Assembly (NCBI GenBank): GCA_965261595.1
Contig: CBDHDG010000007.1
Location: 320,001 to 384,000 of the forward strand
Reading direction: 5' to 3'
Source of the DNA: a bacterium
Lineage (GTDB): Bacteria; UBA8248; JACPRG01; G963555815
DNA: 64,000 bases
Made by a program: the position numbers and the translations under genes. The notes beneath the pieces are model-generated. The model saw only the letters and a list, made by a program, of their open reading frames with translations. It did no database searches and was not told the origin of the DNA. Positions 51,572-63,142 of this stretch are shown here, piece by piece; position 1 is the first letter of the stretch, and the number at the start of each line of letters is the position of its first letter.

Positions 51572-53380
51572 TTATTCCTTTGAGAGAAATCCTTTATAGC
51601 CTTTCGGAATGTTATCCATAAATCGATCTTCGGTCGCGTAGACGCGCGGTTCATCACCCCGGCGCACGTAAGCCTTTTTCTCCTTGGCGTCGCGGACAAA
51701 GCGAAGGGTGGGAAGCTTCTTTCCGTCCTTGAGAGAAACGTTCACCACCAAGTCAGGTTTGGAGAAGTCCGGATTTTTATCTTTGACGATTTCGTCAAAC
51801 TCCAGGAGGTTGATCTCGTTGAGGATGAAATCCAGCTTGTCTCCGACGGCGATCTCGTCCAGGGGCTTCATCATGCGCCAGCGCCGTCCCTCCTTCAACA
51901 TCTCGACCACGCCGTCCGGATAACCGAACTCCAACTTGGCCACCTCGTTGTAGGAAAATTTCAGGGCCTTTCGCTCCTGCAAGCCCCAAACGCCTTTGGA
52001 GACCCGGTCCACGGTGTCCCGGGTCAGGAGAAAGACCGTCCCGTCATCCGTTCTGCGGGCGTACCACCGCTCCTGGTCTTCTTTGTCTTTCTGGGTGGGA
52101 TCCGAAGGGCCCTGCCGCCCGATGGTGAAACGCAGGGGCTTTTCCTTTCCCTTGATGTGGAGGGCGACCTTTCGGGTGGTCCGGTCGACGAGGGTCGCAT
52201 TGGGCTGCTTGGCGGGATCATCGAAAAATTCCGCGATCTTGGCGTACTTGATATCCCAGAGCATATCACTGATGCGACGGTCGTTCCCGGCCAGCTTGAG
52301 GCCGTCTTCCTCGACCTCCCATTCGTCTTTCTTCCCATCCTTCTGCCGGATCGTGACCTTTCCCCGCGGGCTATCCAATTCGATCCTGACCACCGCCTCC
52401 TTCTCGAACTCGATGATCCGCCGGTTTCTGGCCTCGAGCGGTTTCTTGGGGAGGTCCTCCACGCTGAAGCGCTCGAGCTGAAAGACGGGGCCCTTACCCT
52501 CTTGGCGGGCATAATAATTCTTGGATTTTTCTTCCTGATTCCCGATGACAAACACGTCGGGGTTCTTCCCCCCGGCCTCGGCCAAGGTGAGGCGGATCTT
52601 GGGCGACACCAGGCCGAACCGTTTCAGGTCGTCCGCCGTCGGGTTCTCGGTGATGAATTTCTGGGCCTTGCCGTCGAGGATGAGTCCCAAGGCGTAGTTG
52701 GCGGCCTCGATGTTTCCCCGGGCCTTGATCGGCTCGACCAGCGCCCACTTGCCCTTCTCATTCTTCTTGAGGACGAAGCGTCCGTTGTCGCGCTCGAAGG
52801 TGATTTGTGCGATCTTGTCCCGTGGACGCCGCAGAAGGGTCTTGTCCCGGACGGTATGCAGGGTCTTCTCAAAAGGGCTTCTGGCGCGGGTGGAAAGCAG
52901 ATAGACCGCCTTCGAGCCGTCCGTCGCCATGTAGACCCCTTCTCCAGAAGGGGACGTCTCGCCGAAGAGGATCTTCCCCTTCCCGCCGCCATCCAATTCA
53001 TACCGGACGGTCAGTTGAGGCGGCTTCAAGCCAAAGGCCGCGAGGTCTTTGGCGGCGTCCGTGATCACCCGGTCGCGTATCATCCCCTCCAAGCCGGAGA
53101 GGACATCCAGAACGGTGCCGTTGTCCGCCCTGAGCGCGAGCGGCTTGGTGAGCCACCACACGCCTTTCTTCTTGACCAAAGAGAATTCCGCGTCCCGCTT
53201 GTTCCGGGGCTTCGCCTGAAGCAGGTCGAGCGCCACGACCTTCTTGGGGTCGATCTTGACGACCTTGGCCTTTTCCTCCTCGGCCTTTTTTTTCTCCTCT
53301 CCGGCCTTGCTCAGCCAGAAGTAGGCGACGACCAAAACCGCCAGAACGAGCGCCAGAATCGAAGTGAGGCGGGTGTTCAA
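51572..53380 (-). CDS. Multi-repeat DUF4340-type periplasmic protein
   Basis: N-terminal TM; repeated units such as W.LTKP..LRAD, LAAFGL.PP and RDKTLL; typical partner of GldG. Confidence 0.8.
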   Translation of the reverse strand: MNTRLTSILALVLAVLVVAYFWLSKAGEEKKKAEEEKAKVVKIDPKKVVALDLLQAKPRNKRDAEFSLVKKKGVWWLTKPLALRADNGTVLDVLSGLEGMIRDRVITDAAKDLAAFGLKPPQLTVRYELDGGGKGKILFGETSPSGEGVYMATDGSKAVYLLSTRARSPFEKTLHTVRDKTLLRRPRDKIAQITFERDNGRFVLKKNEKGKWALVEPIKARGNIEAANYALGLILDGKAQKFITENPTADDLKRFGLVSPKIRLTLAEAGGKNPDVFVIGNQEEKSKNYYARQEGKGPVFQLERFSVEDLPKKPLEARNRRIIEFEKEAVVRIELDSPRGKVTIRQKDGKKDEWEVEEDGLKLAGNDRRISDMLWDIKYAKIAEFFDDPAKQPNATLVDRTTRKVALHIKGKEKPLRFTIGRQGPSDPTQKDKEDQERWYARRTDDGTVFLLTRDTVDRVSKGVWGLQERKALKFSYNEVAKLEFGYPDGVVEMLKEGRRWRMMKPLDEIAVGDKLDFILNEINLLEFDEIVKDKNPDFSKPDLVVNVSLKDGKKLPTLRFVRDAKEKKAYVRRGDEPRVYATEDRFMDNIPKGYKGFLSKE

Positions 53381-54948
53381 TGCTTCTTCCTCCTCCGCAT
53401 GTAGACGGTGAACCCGGAGAGGAGGACCAGTCCCGGCAGAACGATCACCGGCAGGAAGAAGATGGCGCGGGACTGGGCCGCCGACATGAAGATCGGACCA
53501 CTCCCCTGGCGCGACCTGGGGCGGATGGAGATGAGGTCTTCCTGCTGGGCCAGCCAGCTCAGGCTGTTCAGGAACAGATCCCGGTTCCCTGCGGCCCCGA
53601 GGACCTGATTGCTGGCGAACCGGGAGTTGCCGAACACGATGAGCCGGGCGTTCTGGCCGAGCTCTCCTTCAGAGGGGTTCGCCTCCTTCGTTTCCACCGT
53701 GATGACGGCGGCCACCGAGATGGGGCCCTTCGAATCCTTTTTTTCGTCCAGCTCGGCCTCGCCCTTGGCCAGCGTTTCCAGGTCCGTCTCGGCCCAGCTT
53801 CCCGGACTCGTCATGGCGAGGACCTGGGCCTTGATCTTCCTCGGCGGTTTGCCCGGCTCGGCCACCCGGACCGAGCGGGCCAGGGGGAAGAAGGAGGCGG
53901 TGTTGAAGCCTTCCGTGATCTTGTGCTTGGCGTACTGGGTGATCACCGGCGTCAACTCATTCGCGCCGAACAGGCGGCTCATCCGGTCCACGATCATGTC
54001 TTCGGGCAGGGTGACGCCGAATCCCTTCAGGAAGCCTTCCAGCTTGGAATCCGTCTGTGGATCGATGAGAAACATGACACTTCCCGACCGCTTCCGGATG
54101 TAATCGTCCAGCATCTTCCGCTCGGCCTCAAGGACGGGCTTCTGGGGGCCGGCGATGATAACGACCGAGGCGTCCTTGGGGACTTCCTTGGCCCGAAGGA
54201 GAACGAGGTCCTTGACCAGGAGGTTTTCCAGCTCGATGGCCCGCTTGGCCTGGGAAAACCCTTCCTTTTTCGTGTCGCTGATGTCGGCCTCGCCGTGCCC
54301 TTTCAGGAAGTACACGGTCTTCTTGGACGTGCGGGTGACCCTGAGGATGGCGTTGGCGATCTGCTGCTCGCCGGGGATCTCCACCTTCTGGCTGTTCTCA
54401 CCCGACTCGATCATCAGGCTCCCGTAGGCCCGGACTTCGAACTTCTTCGCCAGGAGGGGGTTCTTGTCCAGGTCGATCAGCTCGTACTTCAGGCGGTCCG
54501 TCTCGTAGGTGTAAAGGTCCAGAAGGTCCCGGTATCCCTTCCGGGCGCTGTCCCGGACAAACGCGGTGACCTGAACCTTCTTGTCCCCCTTTGCCAGGCC
54601 TTTGAGAATCTGGACGGTTTGGGCGGACAGGGAGTTGAGCCGATCGCTGGTGACGTCGAACTGTTTATAGTAGTGGTAGGAGAGGGTCTCGACGAAGATG
54701 ACAATGGCGAAGGCCACGACGATCATGATCGCCATGTTCGCCCCGTACCGCGTGGAGCGGCGGCTCATCCAGGTTCGGACCACGCCCCCCGACGTGTACA
54801 AAGCGAGCAGGACCGCCGCCAGACCCACGATCAGGGGGGTCAGAAAGAGGAGACCGAGCCGTCCTTCGATCGCGCCCCCGATGATCCCGATCAGCAGGAG
54901 CAGGACGCCGGCGCCGCCGACGAGCAGTGGAATGCGTTCTTTCGTCAT
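53377..54948 (-). CDS. GldG-like ABC transporter auxiliary component
   Basis: FDVTSD..NSLS.QT..IL, VYFLKGHGE, VPKDASVVIIAGP, GNRDLFLNSLSWL, ISIRPR, C-terminal TM. Confidence 0.88.
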   Translation of the reverse strand: MTKERIPLLVGGAGVLLLLIGIIGGAIEGRLGLLFLTPLIVGLAAVLLALYTSGGVVRTWMSRRSTRYGANMAIMIVVAFAIVIFVETLSYHYYKQFDVTSDRLNSLSAQTVQILKGLAKGDKKVQVTAFVRDSARKGYRDLLDLYTYETDRLKYELIDLDKNPLLAKKFEVRAYGSLMIESGENSQKVEIPGEQQIANAILRVTRTSKKTVYFLKGHGEADISDTKKEGFSQAKRAIELENLLVKDLVLLRAKEVPKDASVVIIAGPQKPVLEAERKMLDDYIRKRSGSVMFLIDPQTDSKLEGFLKGFGVTLPEDMIVDRMSRLFGANELTPVITQYAKHKITEGFNTASFFPLARSVRVAEPGKPPRKIKAQVLAMTSPGSWAETDLETLAKGEAELDEKKDSKGPISVAAVITVETKEANPSEGELGQNARLIVFGNSRFASNQVLGAAGNRDLFLNSLSWLAQQEDLISIRPRSRQGSGPIFMSAAQSRAIFFLPVIVLPGLVLLSGFTVYMRRRKKH

Positions 54949-54955
54949 GGCCGCA

Positions 54956-55726
54956 TCATCCCTTCCAACGGTGCGAGGCCAATGCCTGAACGGTCAGGAA
55001 AAGGCAGAACACGCTAACGTTCAAATAGTAGATCAGGTCGCGCGTGGTGATGAGTCCCCGGGAGAAGTTGTTCACATGCTCGATGAGCGACGCATGGGAC
55101 AAAGCGGCACCCAGCTTGGGGCCCAGAATGGATGAGGCGAAGCCCAGCACCCAGAAGAACAGCAGCACCCCGAAGGCCAGGATGAACGCGACCAACTGGT
55201 TTTTCGTCACGGCCGACATCAACACCCCGACCGAGACGAACGTCAACCCCAGGAGAAAGATCCCCAGATATCCCGCCAGCACGGGCGCAAGATCCAGGGT
55301 CCCCAGAACGGCGATCAGAATAGGGTACACGGCGGTCAGGACGAGCATGACGAGGAAGACCGTCAAACAGGCCAGGTACTTGCCGAACAGGACTTCAAAG
55401 TCCCGGATGGGGTAGGTGTAAAGCAGCTCGAACGTCCCCTGCTTCTTCTCCTCCGCGAAAAGCCTCATGGTCAAGGCCGGGATGATAAACAGCAGGACGA
55501 TGGTCATGTTCCCGATGAGGGGCGAGAACACCGAGTCCGTGGCGCTCAACTGGCTCGACAAACGGGGGTTCTGAACGGCCTGTACGCTGATGCGGCCGAA
55601 AAACGCCATATTGCTGTAAAACAGCCAACCCATCAGAATCAGAAAGATGGTGAGCACCGCGTAGGCGATGGGCGATTGAAAGTAGAGCCTCAGCTCCTTC
55701 TTGTAAATGGCCCAGATATTACGCAT
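54956..55726 (-). CDS. GldF-like ABC permease
   Basis: KKELRLYFQSPIAY, PALTMRLFAEEKKQGTFELLYTYP, GKYLA. Confidence 0.9.
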   Translation of the reverse strand: MRNIWAIYKKELRLYFQSPIAYAVLTIFLILMGWLFYSNMAFFGRISVQAVQNPRLSSQLSATDSVFSPLIGNMTIVLLFIIPALTMRLFAEEKKQGTFELLYTYPIRDFEVLFGKYLACLTVFLVMLVLTAVYPILIAVLGTLDLAPVLAGYLGIFLLGLTFVSVGVLMSAVTKNQLVAFILAFGVLLFFWVLGFASSILGPKLGAALSHASLIEHVNNFSRGLITTRDLIYYLNVSVFCLFLTVQALASHRWKG

Positions 55727-55792
55727 CGGGGACGCCTTCCTTTATCCGTCGAAAAGATACCCGCCAACCGAAACCATAGACCGACTTGGGCG

Positions 55793-56740
<948 letters not shown>

Positions 56741-56794
56741 GCGTCCGCATCCTCCGCTTTCGGTTCGCTTCCACAGGGGATCGGCTCAACCGAA

Positions 56795-58426
56795 TCAAAA
56801 ACCGTGGCTGTGGCCATGGCCGCCGTGGGCGCCCCCCGCGGCTTCTTCCTCTTCGGGCCTCTCGGTGATCAGAAGCTCGGTTGTGAGGAGGATCCCCGCC
56901 AGGCTGGCCGCGTTCTGGAGCGCCGAGCGCGTCACCTTGACGGGATCGATCACCCCCGCCTTGGCCAGGTTCTCCTGCACCCCGGTGACCGCGTTGAATC
57001 CGACGGCACCCCGGGCGGCCTCGACGTCATAAAGGACAACGGCACCGTCGTACCCGCCGTTGTCCGCGATGATCCGGACCGGCTCTCCCAGGGCCTTCTT
57101 GAGCACCTGAATACCGAGCCCCTGATCTTCGGGAAGATCCAGCCCGTCCAGCGCCTTGGCCGCCCGCACCAGGGCCACCCCGCCGCCCGTGACGATGCCC
57201 TCCTCCAGCGAGGCCCGGGTCGAGTTGAGCGCGTCCTCGACGCGGCTTTTCTTCTCTTTCATCTCGATCTCGGTGGCCGCGCCCACAAGGATTTTGGCGA
57301 CGCCCCCGGTCAGCTTGGCCAACCGCTCTTGAAGCTTCTCCTTGTCGTAATCCGAGGTGGTCTCCTCAATCTGCGCGCGGATCTGGGCGATGCGCCCTTT
57401 CACGTCCTTCGCCCTCCCGGACCCCTCGATGATGAGGGTGTTTTCCTTGTCGATCCGGATGCGCTTGGCCCGGCCCATGTCCTCCAGCGGAACCGCTTCC
57501 AGCTTGATGCCGAGGTCCTCGGAGATCAGCCGCCCGCCGGTGAGAATCGCGATGTCCTCGAGCATTTCTTTCCTCCGGTCGCCGTAGCCGGGGGCCTTGA
57601 CGGCGGTGCAATTCAGCGTGCCGCGCATCTTGTTCACCACCAGGGTGGCTAGGGCCTCTCCCTCGACGTCCTCGGCGATGATCAGGAGCGGGGCCCCCGT
57701 GGCGGACACCCGTTCCAGGACGGGCAGCAGGTCGCTCACGTTGGAGATCTTCTTTTCGTGGAGCAGCAAGTAGGCGTCTTCCAGCTCGCACACCAGATTA
57801 TCGACGTCCGTCACAAAATGGGGGGAGAGGTAACCGCGGTCGAACTGCATCCCTTCAACCACCTCCAGGGACATCTCGATGCCTTTGCCCTCTTCCGTCG
57901 TGATGACCCCGTCTCGACCGACCTGATCCATGGCCTCGGTGATGATCTCCCCTATCGTCTCATCTCCATTGGCGGAAACCGTGGCCACTTCCCTGATATT
58001 TTCGGAATCCGAAACCTTTCGGCTTTGTTTCCTCAGGTTGGACACAACACATTCTACAGCGGCGTCGATGCCCCGCTTCAGATCGATGGGGTTCGCCCGG
58101 GCGGCCACGAACTTAATCCCTTCGCGGTAAATGGCCTCGGCCAGGACCGTCGCGGTGGTGGTTCCATCGCCGGTGTCATCGGCCGTTTTCTTGGCCACCT
58201 CTTTAAGCATCTGGGCGCCCATGTTCTGGAAGGGATCGGGCAGGTCGATCTCTCTGGCCACCGTGGCGCCGTCTTTGGTGACGACGGGCGAGCCCCACGA
58301 CTTGCCCAACAGCACCGTCCGCCCGACCGGACCCAGCGTCGTCCGGACCACACGGGTCAACTGGTCGATGCCCGAGAGGAGCTTCCGCCGGGCCTCATCT
58401 TCGTAAGCAAGGTCTTTGACAGCCAT
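56795..58426 (-). CDS. groEL: Chaperonin GroEL paralog with His-rich C-terminus
   Basis: [54 protein letters not shown]; tail [13 protein letters not shown]. Confidence 0.97.
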   Translation of the reverse strand: MAVKDLAYEDEARRKLLSGIDQLTRVVRTTLGPVGRTVLLGKSWGSPVVTKDGATVAREIDLPDPFQNMGAQMLKEVAKKTADDTGDGTTTATVLAEAIYREGIKFVAARANPIDLKRGIDAAVECVVSNLRKQSRKVSDSENIREVATVSANGDETIGEIITEAMDQVGRDGVITTEEGKGIEMSLEVVEGMQFDRGYLSPHFVTDVDNLVCELEDAYLLLHEKKISNVSDLLPVLERVSATGAPLLIIAEDVEGEALATLVVNKMRGTLNCTAVKAPGYGDRRKEMLEDIAILTGGRLISEDLGIKLEAVPLEDMGRAKRIRIDKENTLIIEGSGRAKDVKGRIAQIRAQIEETTSDYDKEKLQERLAKLTGGVAKILVGAATEIEMKEKKSRVEDALNSTRASLEEGIVTGGGVALVRAAKALDGLDLPEDQGLGIQVLKKALGEPVRIIADNGGYDGAVVLYDVEAARGAVGFNAVTGVQENLAKAGVIDPVKVTRSALQNAASLAGILLTTELLITERPEEEEAAGGAHGGHGHSHGF

Positions 58427-58522
58427 TGTGCGTCTCTCCTTGGGAAAACTTCGTTTTCCGCATTGAAATTGAAACCGATCGACCGGCGGCGCCTCCGGCG
58501 TCCCTCCAGTCAAAGCAAAACC

Positions 58523-59572
58523 TTACGCCAAAGGCGCGTCCGTCAGGCTGGGCGCCGCGCGAAACCGCTCGAGCGTCATGATCACCTTGCCCTCCCGGAA
58601 AATCGTCACGGTACCCGTTGACGCCGAGATGGTCAACGCCAGGGCCCGGGTGACGGCCGTGATGGCCGCCGCCGCCGCGTGGCGGGCACCGAGGCCGGGG
58701 GAGAGCGCATCGCCGTCATAGGCGGCGTTCAAATGGCGGCCGGCGGCCACCAGGACACCGTCTTTGCGAATTACCAGAGCCCCGTCCAGGGAAGAAAACC
58801 CCTTGACCGTATCCCGGAGTTTGGGGTCCATGATGTTGCGCTCCGACTCCGGATGGCCCAGGAAGGGGTTGATGATCATCTGCCGGGAGTACCGGAGCAC
58901 TTCCGGGTTATCCCCGATCACGAAGATGGTCCCGATGGGATGACCCTCCCGGCCTTCGTTCGCCAGCTCCAAGGCCATCGTCAGGGTGGCCTCGAACACC
59001 TTGGAATCGATCTCCTCCGTGCCGGCCAACCGGCCGTGAAGGTTCATCGTCTCGAACTCTTCGCCCACATCCAACAGAACCAGCGTGTCCGCGATCGTCC
59101 TGTTGACACGCCCCACAAGGCACAGGATACGGTCGCCCACGTTGAGCACGCCTTCAGTCAGGCCCATGACGATGGCCAACTTGACCTGGTCCATCCGGCT
59201 GAGGTTGACATCCGGCACCCGGATGACCTTCTTCGTGAACCTCCGGCAACTCTCCTCCTCCTCGTCGTTTTTCACAACCAGGATGGGCGTGGTCCCGTTC
59301 GTGAAAACCTGAAGAAGCTCGGGGTTGGACGTCAGGTTCTGGGCGTAAACAAAGACGGCTTCGATATCGAGCTGCTTGGCCAGACGGCTCGCCGCGTGAA
59401 AAAGGGGCTTCGTGGTTTCCTTGCGCGGGGATGGGGGCGCGCCCTTCTCCGTCCGACGCGACTTTCTCGATCGGACCGCGGCCTTGCGGACGCCCTTTCC
59501 GCTTCGCGCACCCTTCTCCCCCGCTTTTTTGCTTTCAGACGGATTCTTCGCCAACGCTTTGTCCTTGGGCAT
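58523..59572 (-). CDS. Diadenylate cyclase, DacZ/CdaZ type (DisA_N domain)
   Basis: ELANEGREGHPIGTIFVIGD, NPF.G, LDGAL (DGA motif), GLGARHAAAAAIT, SASTGTVTIF. Confidence 0.88.
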   Translation of the reverse strand: MPKDKALAKNPSESKKAGEKGARSGKGVRKAAVRSRKSRRTEKGAPPSPRKETTKPLFHAASRLAKQLDIEAVFVYAQNLTSNPELLQVFTNGTTPILVVKNDEEEESCRRFTKKVIRVPDVNLSRMDQVKLAIVMGLTEGVLNVGDRILCLVGRVNRTIADTLVLLDVGEEFETMNLHGRLAGTEEIDSKVFEATLTMALELANEGREGHPIGTIFVIGDNPEVLRYSRQMIINPFLGHPESERNIMDPKLRDTVKGFSSLDGALVIRKDGVLVAAGRHLNAAYDGDALSPGLGARHAAAAAITAVTRALALTISASTGTVTIFREGKVIMTLERFRAAPSLTDAPLA

Positions 59573-59591
59573 CTTCTTTAGATCCGCGCGC

Positions 59592-60104
59592 TCAGTCTTC
59601 CGGCCGGGTCGCCGGGAACCGGCAAAGGACCGTCATGAGGTCCCGCCGCCCCCGAGCCTCTTCCGCCGCCAGGGTCTCGAGGCGGAGGCGGAGCGGGCGC
59701 CGGCCCTCCACGTCCGCCAGCGACGCGGCCCGCACGTACCGGATCTCGAGGGCTTTCTTGGATTCCATGGTCTTCACGAGCGCGGATCGAACGTCATCCG
59801 CCCGCCCTCGTTGAGGGTGTTCCGTTTCCGGACGCTCCGGCGCGGAGGCGTCCAACGCCTCCAACACTTCCCCAAGGGTCTCGATGTGAACCTCGTCCAG
59901 GTCGGCAAGGGTCCTCACCATCCGCGCGTGCGCCTGCTTCCAACCCGGCGCCCGCGACGCCGCCAAGGCCGACAACCGCTGGGAGAGGACCTTCTCCCCA
60001 AGATACGCCGCCTTGAGCTCGGAGCAAATTTCCGCCTCGTCAGCCGGCTCCGGCGCGAGACGGGCGATGGTCTCATCTTGGAGTTCCCGAACGGTCAAAT
60101 CCAT
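59592..60104 (-). CDS. Ferritin-like four-helix protein with partly degenerate metal ligands
   Basis: LKAAYLGE..., LADLDEVH...LGEVL and LETLAAEEAR helix pattern. Confidence 0.55.
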   Translation of the reverse strand: MDLTVRELQDETIARLAPEPADEAEICSELKAAYLGEKVLSQRLSALAASRAPGWKQAHARMVRTLADLDEVHIETLGEVLEALDASAPERPETEHPQRGRADDVRSALVKTMESKKALEIRYVRAASLADVEGRRPLRLRLETLAAEEARGRRDLMTVLCRFPATRPED

Positions 60105-60117
60105 CAGCCTGACTCTC

Positions 60118-61515
60118 TCATCCCTTGGGGACGCTCGCGTACAGGTTGCTCTTGTCGCGATGGAGGTAGAACAAATGGTCCTCATCGCCTTTGGTCTTGG
60201 CCAGGGCCGCGCTGAGGTCGCCCATCGCGGAGATCGCCTGGCCGTTGATTTCCAGGATGACGTCTCCGGACCGTATCCCTCCACGGGCAGCCGGGCTGTC
60301 GGGCTCGACGCCGGCCACCAAGAGCCCCTGGCCGGCGGGCAGACCCAGCTCCTTCGCCCGGCCGGGCGGGACAGGCCGGAGCTCCACCCCCAGCTTATGG
60401 GAGCTTGCGCCTGTTGTGGACGCCGCCCGCTCCTCGGAAAGCTTTCCCACTTTCACCGCGAGCGTCACCTCGCGTCCGCCGCGCAGGACTTTCATCTTGA
60501 CGGATTTTCCCACGGACGTATTCCCCACCCTCCGGACCAACTCGCCCGTCGTCCGGACGCGCTTCCCGTCAAACTCGATGATCACGTCGCCCCGCTTGAC
60601 CCCCGCTCTGGAGGCCGGGGAATCCTGATTTACATTGGAAACCAACGCCCCTTCGGTCTTCGAAACGCCGAAACGTTTGGCCAGTTGGGGATTCAGGTTC
60701 TGAATGCGAATCCCGAGAAAACCCCGAACGACGGAGCCGGTCTCACGAAGCTGATCGATGAGCTTCTTGGCCATATTGGCGGGGATGGCGAATCCGATGC
60801 CCGCCCCCCGGGCGCTGATGGCCGTGTTGATTCCCACGACCTCGCCCCGCGTGTTGAAGAGAGGGCCGCCGGAGTTCCCTTGGTTGATGGAGGCGTCGGT
60901 TTGAATGAAGTTGTCGTAGGGCCCCTGTCCGATGACGCGCCCCTTGGCGCTGACAATGCCGGCCGTGACCGTATGCGACAAGCCGAAGGGGTTCCCGATG
61001 GCCACCACCCAATCCCCCACGCGGAGGGCGTCGGAATCGCCGAACTCCGTGAACGGAAGCGCTTTTTTGGGCTCAATATTGAGGAGGGCCAGGTCGGTCT
61101 TTGGGTCGCGGCCGATGAGCTTGGCCTCGAACTCCTCGCCGCTTTGCAGCTTCACCTTGATTTCGGTGGCGTTCTCGATAACGTGGTTGTTCGTGACGAG
61201 GTATCCGTCCGGGCTGATGATGAAACCGGAGCCGATGGCCCGGTTGCGGAACCCGCGGGGGGGTTGATCGCCAAAGAACCGGCGGAAGAATTCCTCGAAC
61301 TGGTCGTTCCCGCGGCCGAAAGGATTCCGCATCCCAAAAGGGGCTGTCTTCCGGACAATGGTGACCTGAATGTTCACAACCGAAGGCGTGAGGCGTTCGA
61401 CCAGATCCGCAAAACTGTCGGGCCGCCTTTCCGCTCCGGCCGCGCCCCCGATCAGTAGAAAAGCCGCCAGGGTCACCGCCACGAAACTTCCGCGTTTGAC
61501 GGGTATTCTCTTCAT
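60118..61515 (-). CDS. degP: Do/DegP family serine endoprotease with two PDZ domains
   Basis: Signal peptide; GSGFII, TNNHV, DLALL, IQTDASINQGNSGGPL; two PDZ domains. Confidence 0.95.
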   Translation of the reverse strand: MKRIPVKRGSFVAVTLAAFLLIGGAAGAERRPDSFADLVERLTPSVVNIQVTIVRKTAPFGMRNPFGRGNDQFEEFFRRFFGDQPPRGFRNRAIGSGFIISPDGYLVTNNHVIENATEIKVKLQSGEEFEAKLIGRDPKTDLALLNIEPKKALPFTEFGDSDALRVGDWVVAIGNPFGLSHTVTAGIVSAKGRVIGQGPYDNFIQTDASINQGNSGGPLFNTRGEVVGINTAISARGAGIGFAIPANMAKKLIDQLRETGSVVRGFLGIRIQNLNPQLAKRFGVSKTEGALVSNVNQDSPASRAGVKRGDVIIEFDGKRVRTTGELVRRVGNTSVGKSVKMKVLRGGREVTLAVKVGKLSEERAASTTGASSHKLGVELRPVPPGRAKELGLPAGQGLLVAGVEPDSPAARGGIRSGDVILEINGQAISAMGDLSAALAKTKGDEDHLFYLHRDKSNLYASVPKG

Positions 61516-61745
61516 CTCATGTCCATTCAACTCGGGACCGGGCATGCGAACCCGCAGGATTCCGTTTCGCTCTGGGACGGAACTCTCCCGCGGGCAACAT
61601 TTTCCCCGCCGGAAATCGATCACACCGGAAAGAATGAAATTCTTGCTTGTCGAAATGGGGGCCGACCAAACCTGCCTTTCGGCGCCCCAATCCGAAAGCA
61701 CGGTCAAATCCTCGATTCCCTCTGATTCTTAATCTGTTCGAGAGA

Positions 61746-61774
61746 AATATAGTCGATTTGACTCGGTGGGTCAA
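61746..61774 (-). promoter_or_regulatory. sigma70-type promoter of the degP cluster
   Basis: Minus strand TTGACC-N17-TATATT. Confidence 0.7.
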
Positions 61775-61780
61775 GCCGAA

Positions 61781-61807
61781 TTGGCACTCTCGAATCGAGA
61801 GTGCCAA
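61781..61807. promoter_or_regulatory. CIRCE element (HrcA operator)
   Basis: TTGGCACTC-N9-GAGTGCCAA, a perfect inverted repeat with one symmetric change from consensus TTAGCACTC-N9-GAGTGCTAA. Confidence 0.9.
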
Positions 61808-62042
61808 AGACTTCCCGGAGACCAAACCAAATGAGATTCGGTGAAATCCGGGGGAGGGGGGATGGGGGGGAAGGGGGAACCCGCACCCGCCGATCGACAT
61901 CCGAGTAAATCGATGGGGCTGATGAGGGCGGCCCAGGTGGACGGGTTGACACGATCACGGGGCTGGGTTCTATTTTGTGTTAAATTCTCAGGTCCACTGA
62001 ATCAGAATCAGGTCGATTCACCTGATTCGGGAGGAAAGCCTT

Positions 62043-62585
62043 ATGGCGCATATCCGGCAGATCGAACACTCCGAAGCCACCGGCGAGTTGAAAACGTTCT
62101 ACGACGACCTGGCGGAAATTGCGGGCGGCGTGCCGAACGTCGTCAAGCTGGCCAGCCTGAAGCTGCCCGCCATGAAGGCCGCCCAGGATCTCTACCAGTC
62201 GGTCCTGTACCATGATTCGGGCCTGACCATGGCGCAAAAGGAGATGGTCTCCACGGTGGTCTCGGTCATCAACGGATGCGACTACTGAGTCGAGCATCAC
62301 GGAGGGTCTCTCCGTGAAGCGACGGGCGACGAGACGCTCGCCCGGCAAATCATCGAGGATTTCCGCAAGGCGGACGTGGACAGCCGGACGATGCGGATGC
62401 TGGAGTTCAGCGAGAAACTCACGAAGGATTCCCCGGCGATGTCCGAGGCGGACGTCGCGGCCCTTCGCGCGGAAGGGATGACGGACGAGGAGATCCTCGA
62501 CCTGGTCCAGCTCATCGCTTATTTCAATTACACCAACCGCGTGGCCACGGCGCTCGGGGTGGACCCGGAGGGGTCGGATCGCTGA
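62043..62585 (+). CDS. AhpD-like peroxidase-related selenoprotein (CxxU; UGA at 62286-62288)
   Basis: KEMVSTVVSVINGCDY-UGA-VEHHG continues in frame into EFSEKLT..LRAEGMTDEEILD..AYFNYTNRVA.ALGV; 180 aa in total. Confidence 0.9.
62289..62323 (+). promoter_or_regulatory. Putative bacterial SECIS element
   Basis: GTCG...TCACGGAG-GGTCT-CTCCGTGA...CGAC directly 3' of the UGA; apical loop begins with G. Confidence 0.75.
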
Positions 62586-62829
62586 CGTTCCCCCCCGGCA
62601 TGTCCGCGTGCGCGCTCATGCACGCCCGGTTTTCGATCCCGTTCCGGTGCGCCGGGAGCGGGCGCCCGAAATGGTGTTGACAGGTCCGGTAGACATGAGT
62701 CCAATTGAGTTAAACAGCAACGAGTGGCCGGTACAGGCCTGTCCGAATTTTAAATGGGAAATCCCGGAACCAGACATGTGTTTGTTGCACATCGACGCGG
62801 GGGTCACCTTGAGCTTGGATATTTGCACC

Positions 62830-62940
62830 AAGATCGTTGTATCGATTACATCGAGTTCAATGTCGCTGACATAGCCCGACCAGAAGACTTCTATGGAAAG
62901 GCATTTGGTTGGACATTCACCGACTATGGACCGAATTCGA
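62830..62940 (+). pseudogene. Glyoxalase/VOC family N-terminal fragment
   Basis: IDYIEFNVADIAR..DFYGKAFGWTFTDYGP, after which similarity is lost. Confidence 0.7.
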
Positions 62941-63142
62941 CCGCTCGCACCGAAGGGCGGAGCAGGGTTGATAGTTTCGCTCAGCCTATTTCCGGCCCAC
63001 GCTTCCGGCTGAGGTCCCAAGAAATGCTCGATGAATACCCAAGTTCCCTCGCACCCCGCGGCCAACTCCGCAGTGGTTATCCTCTGGAAGGCTGGATTTG
63101 GGATTTTGAGGTCAAGAGGGTATCTTGCAAAAGAGGGTCACG

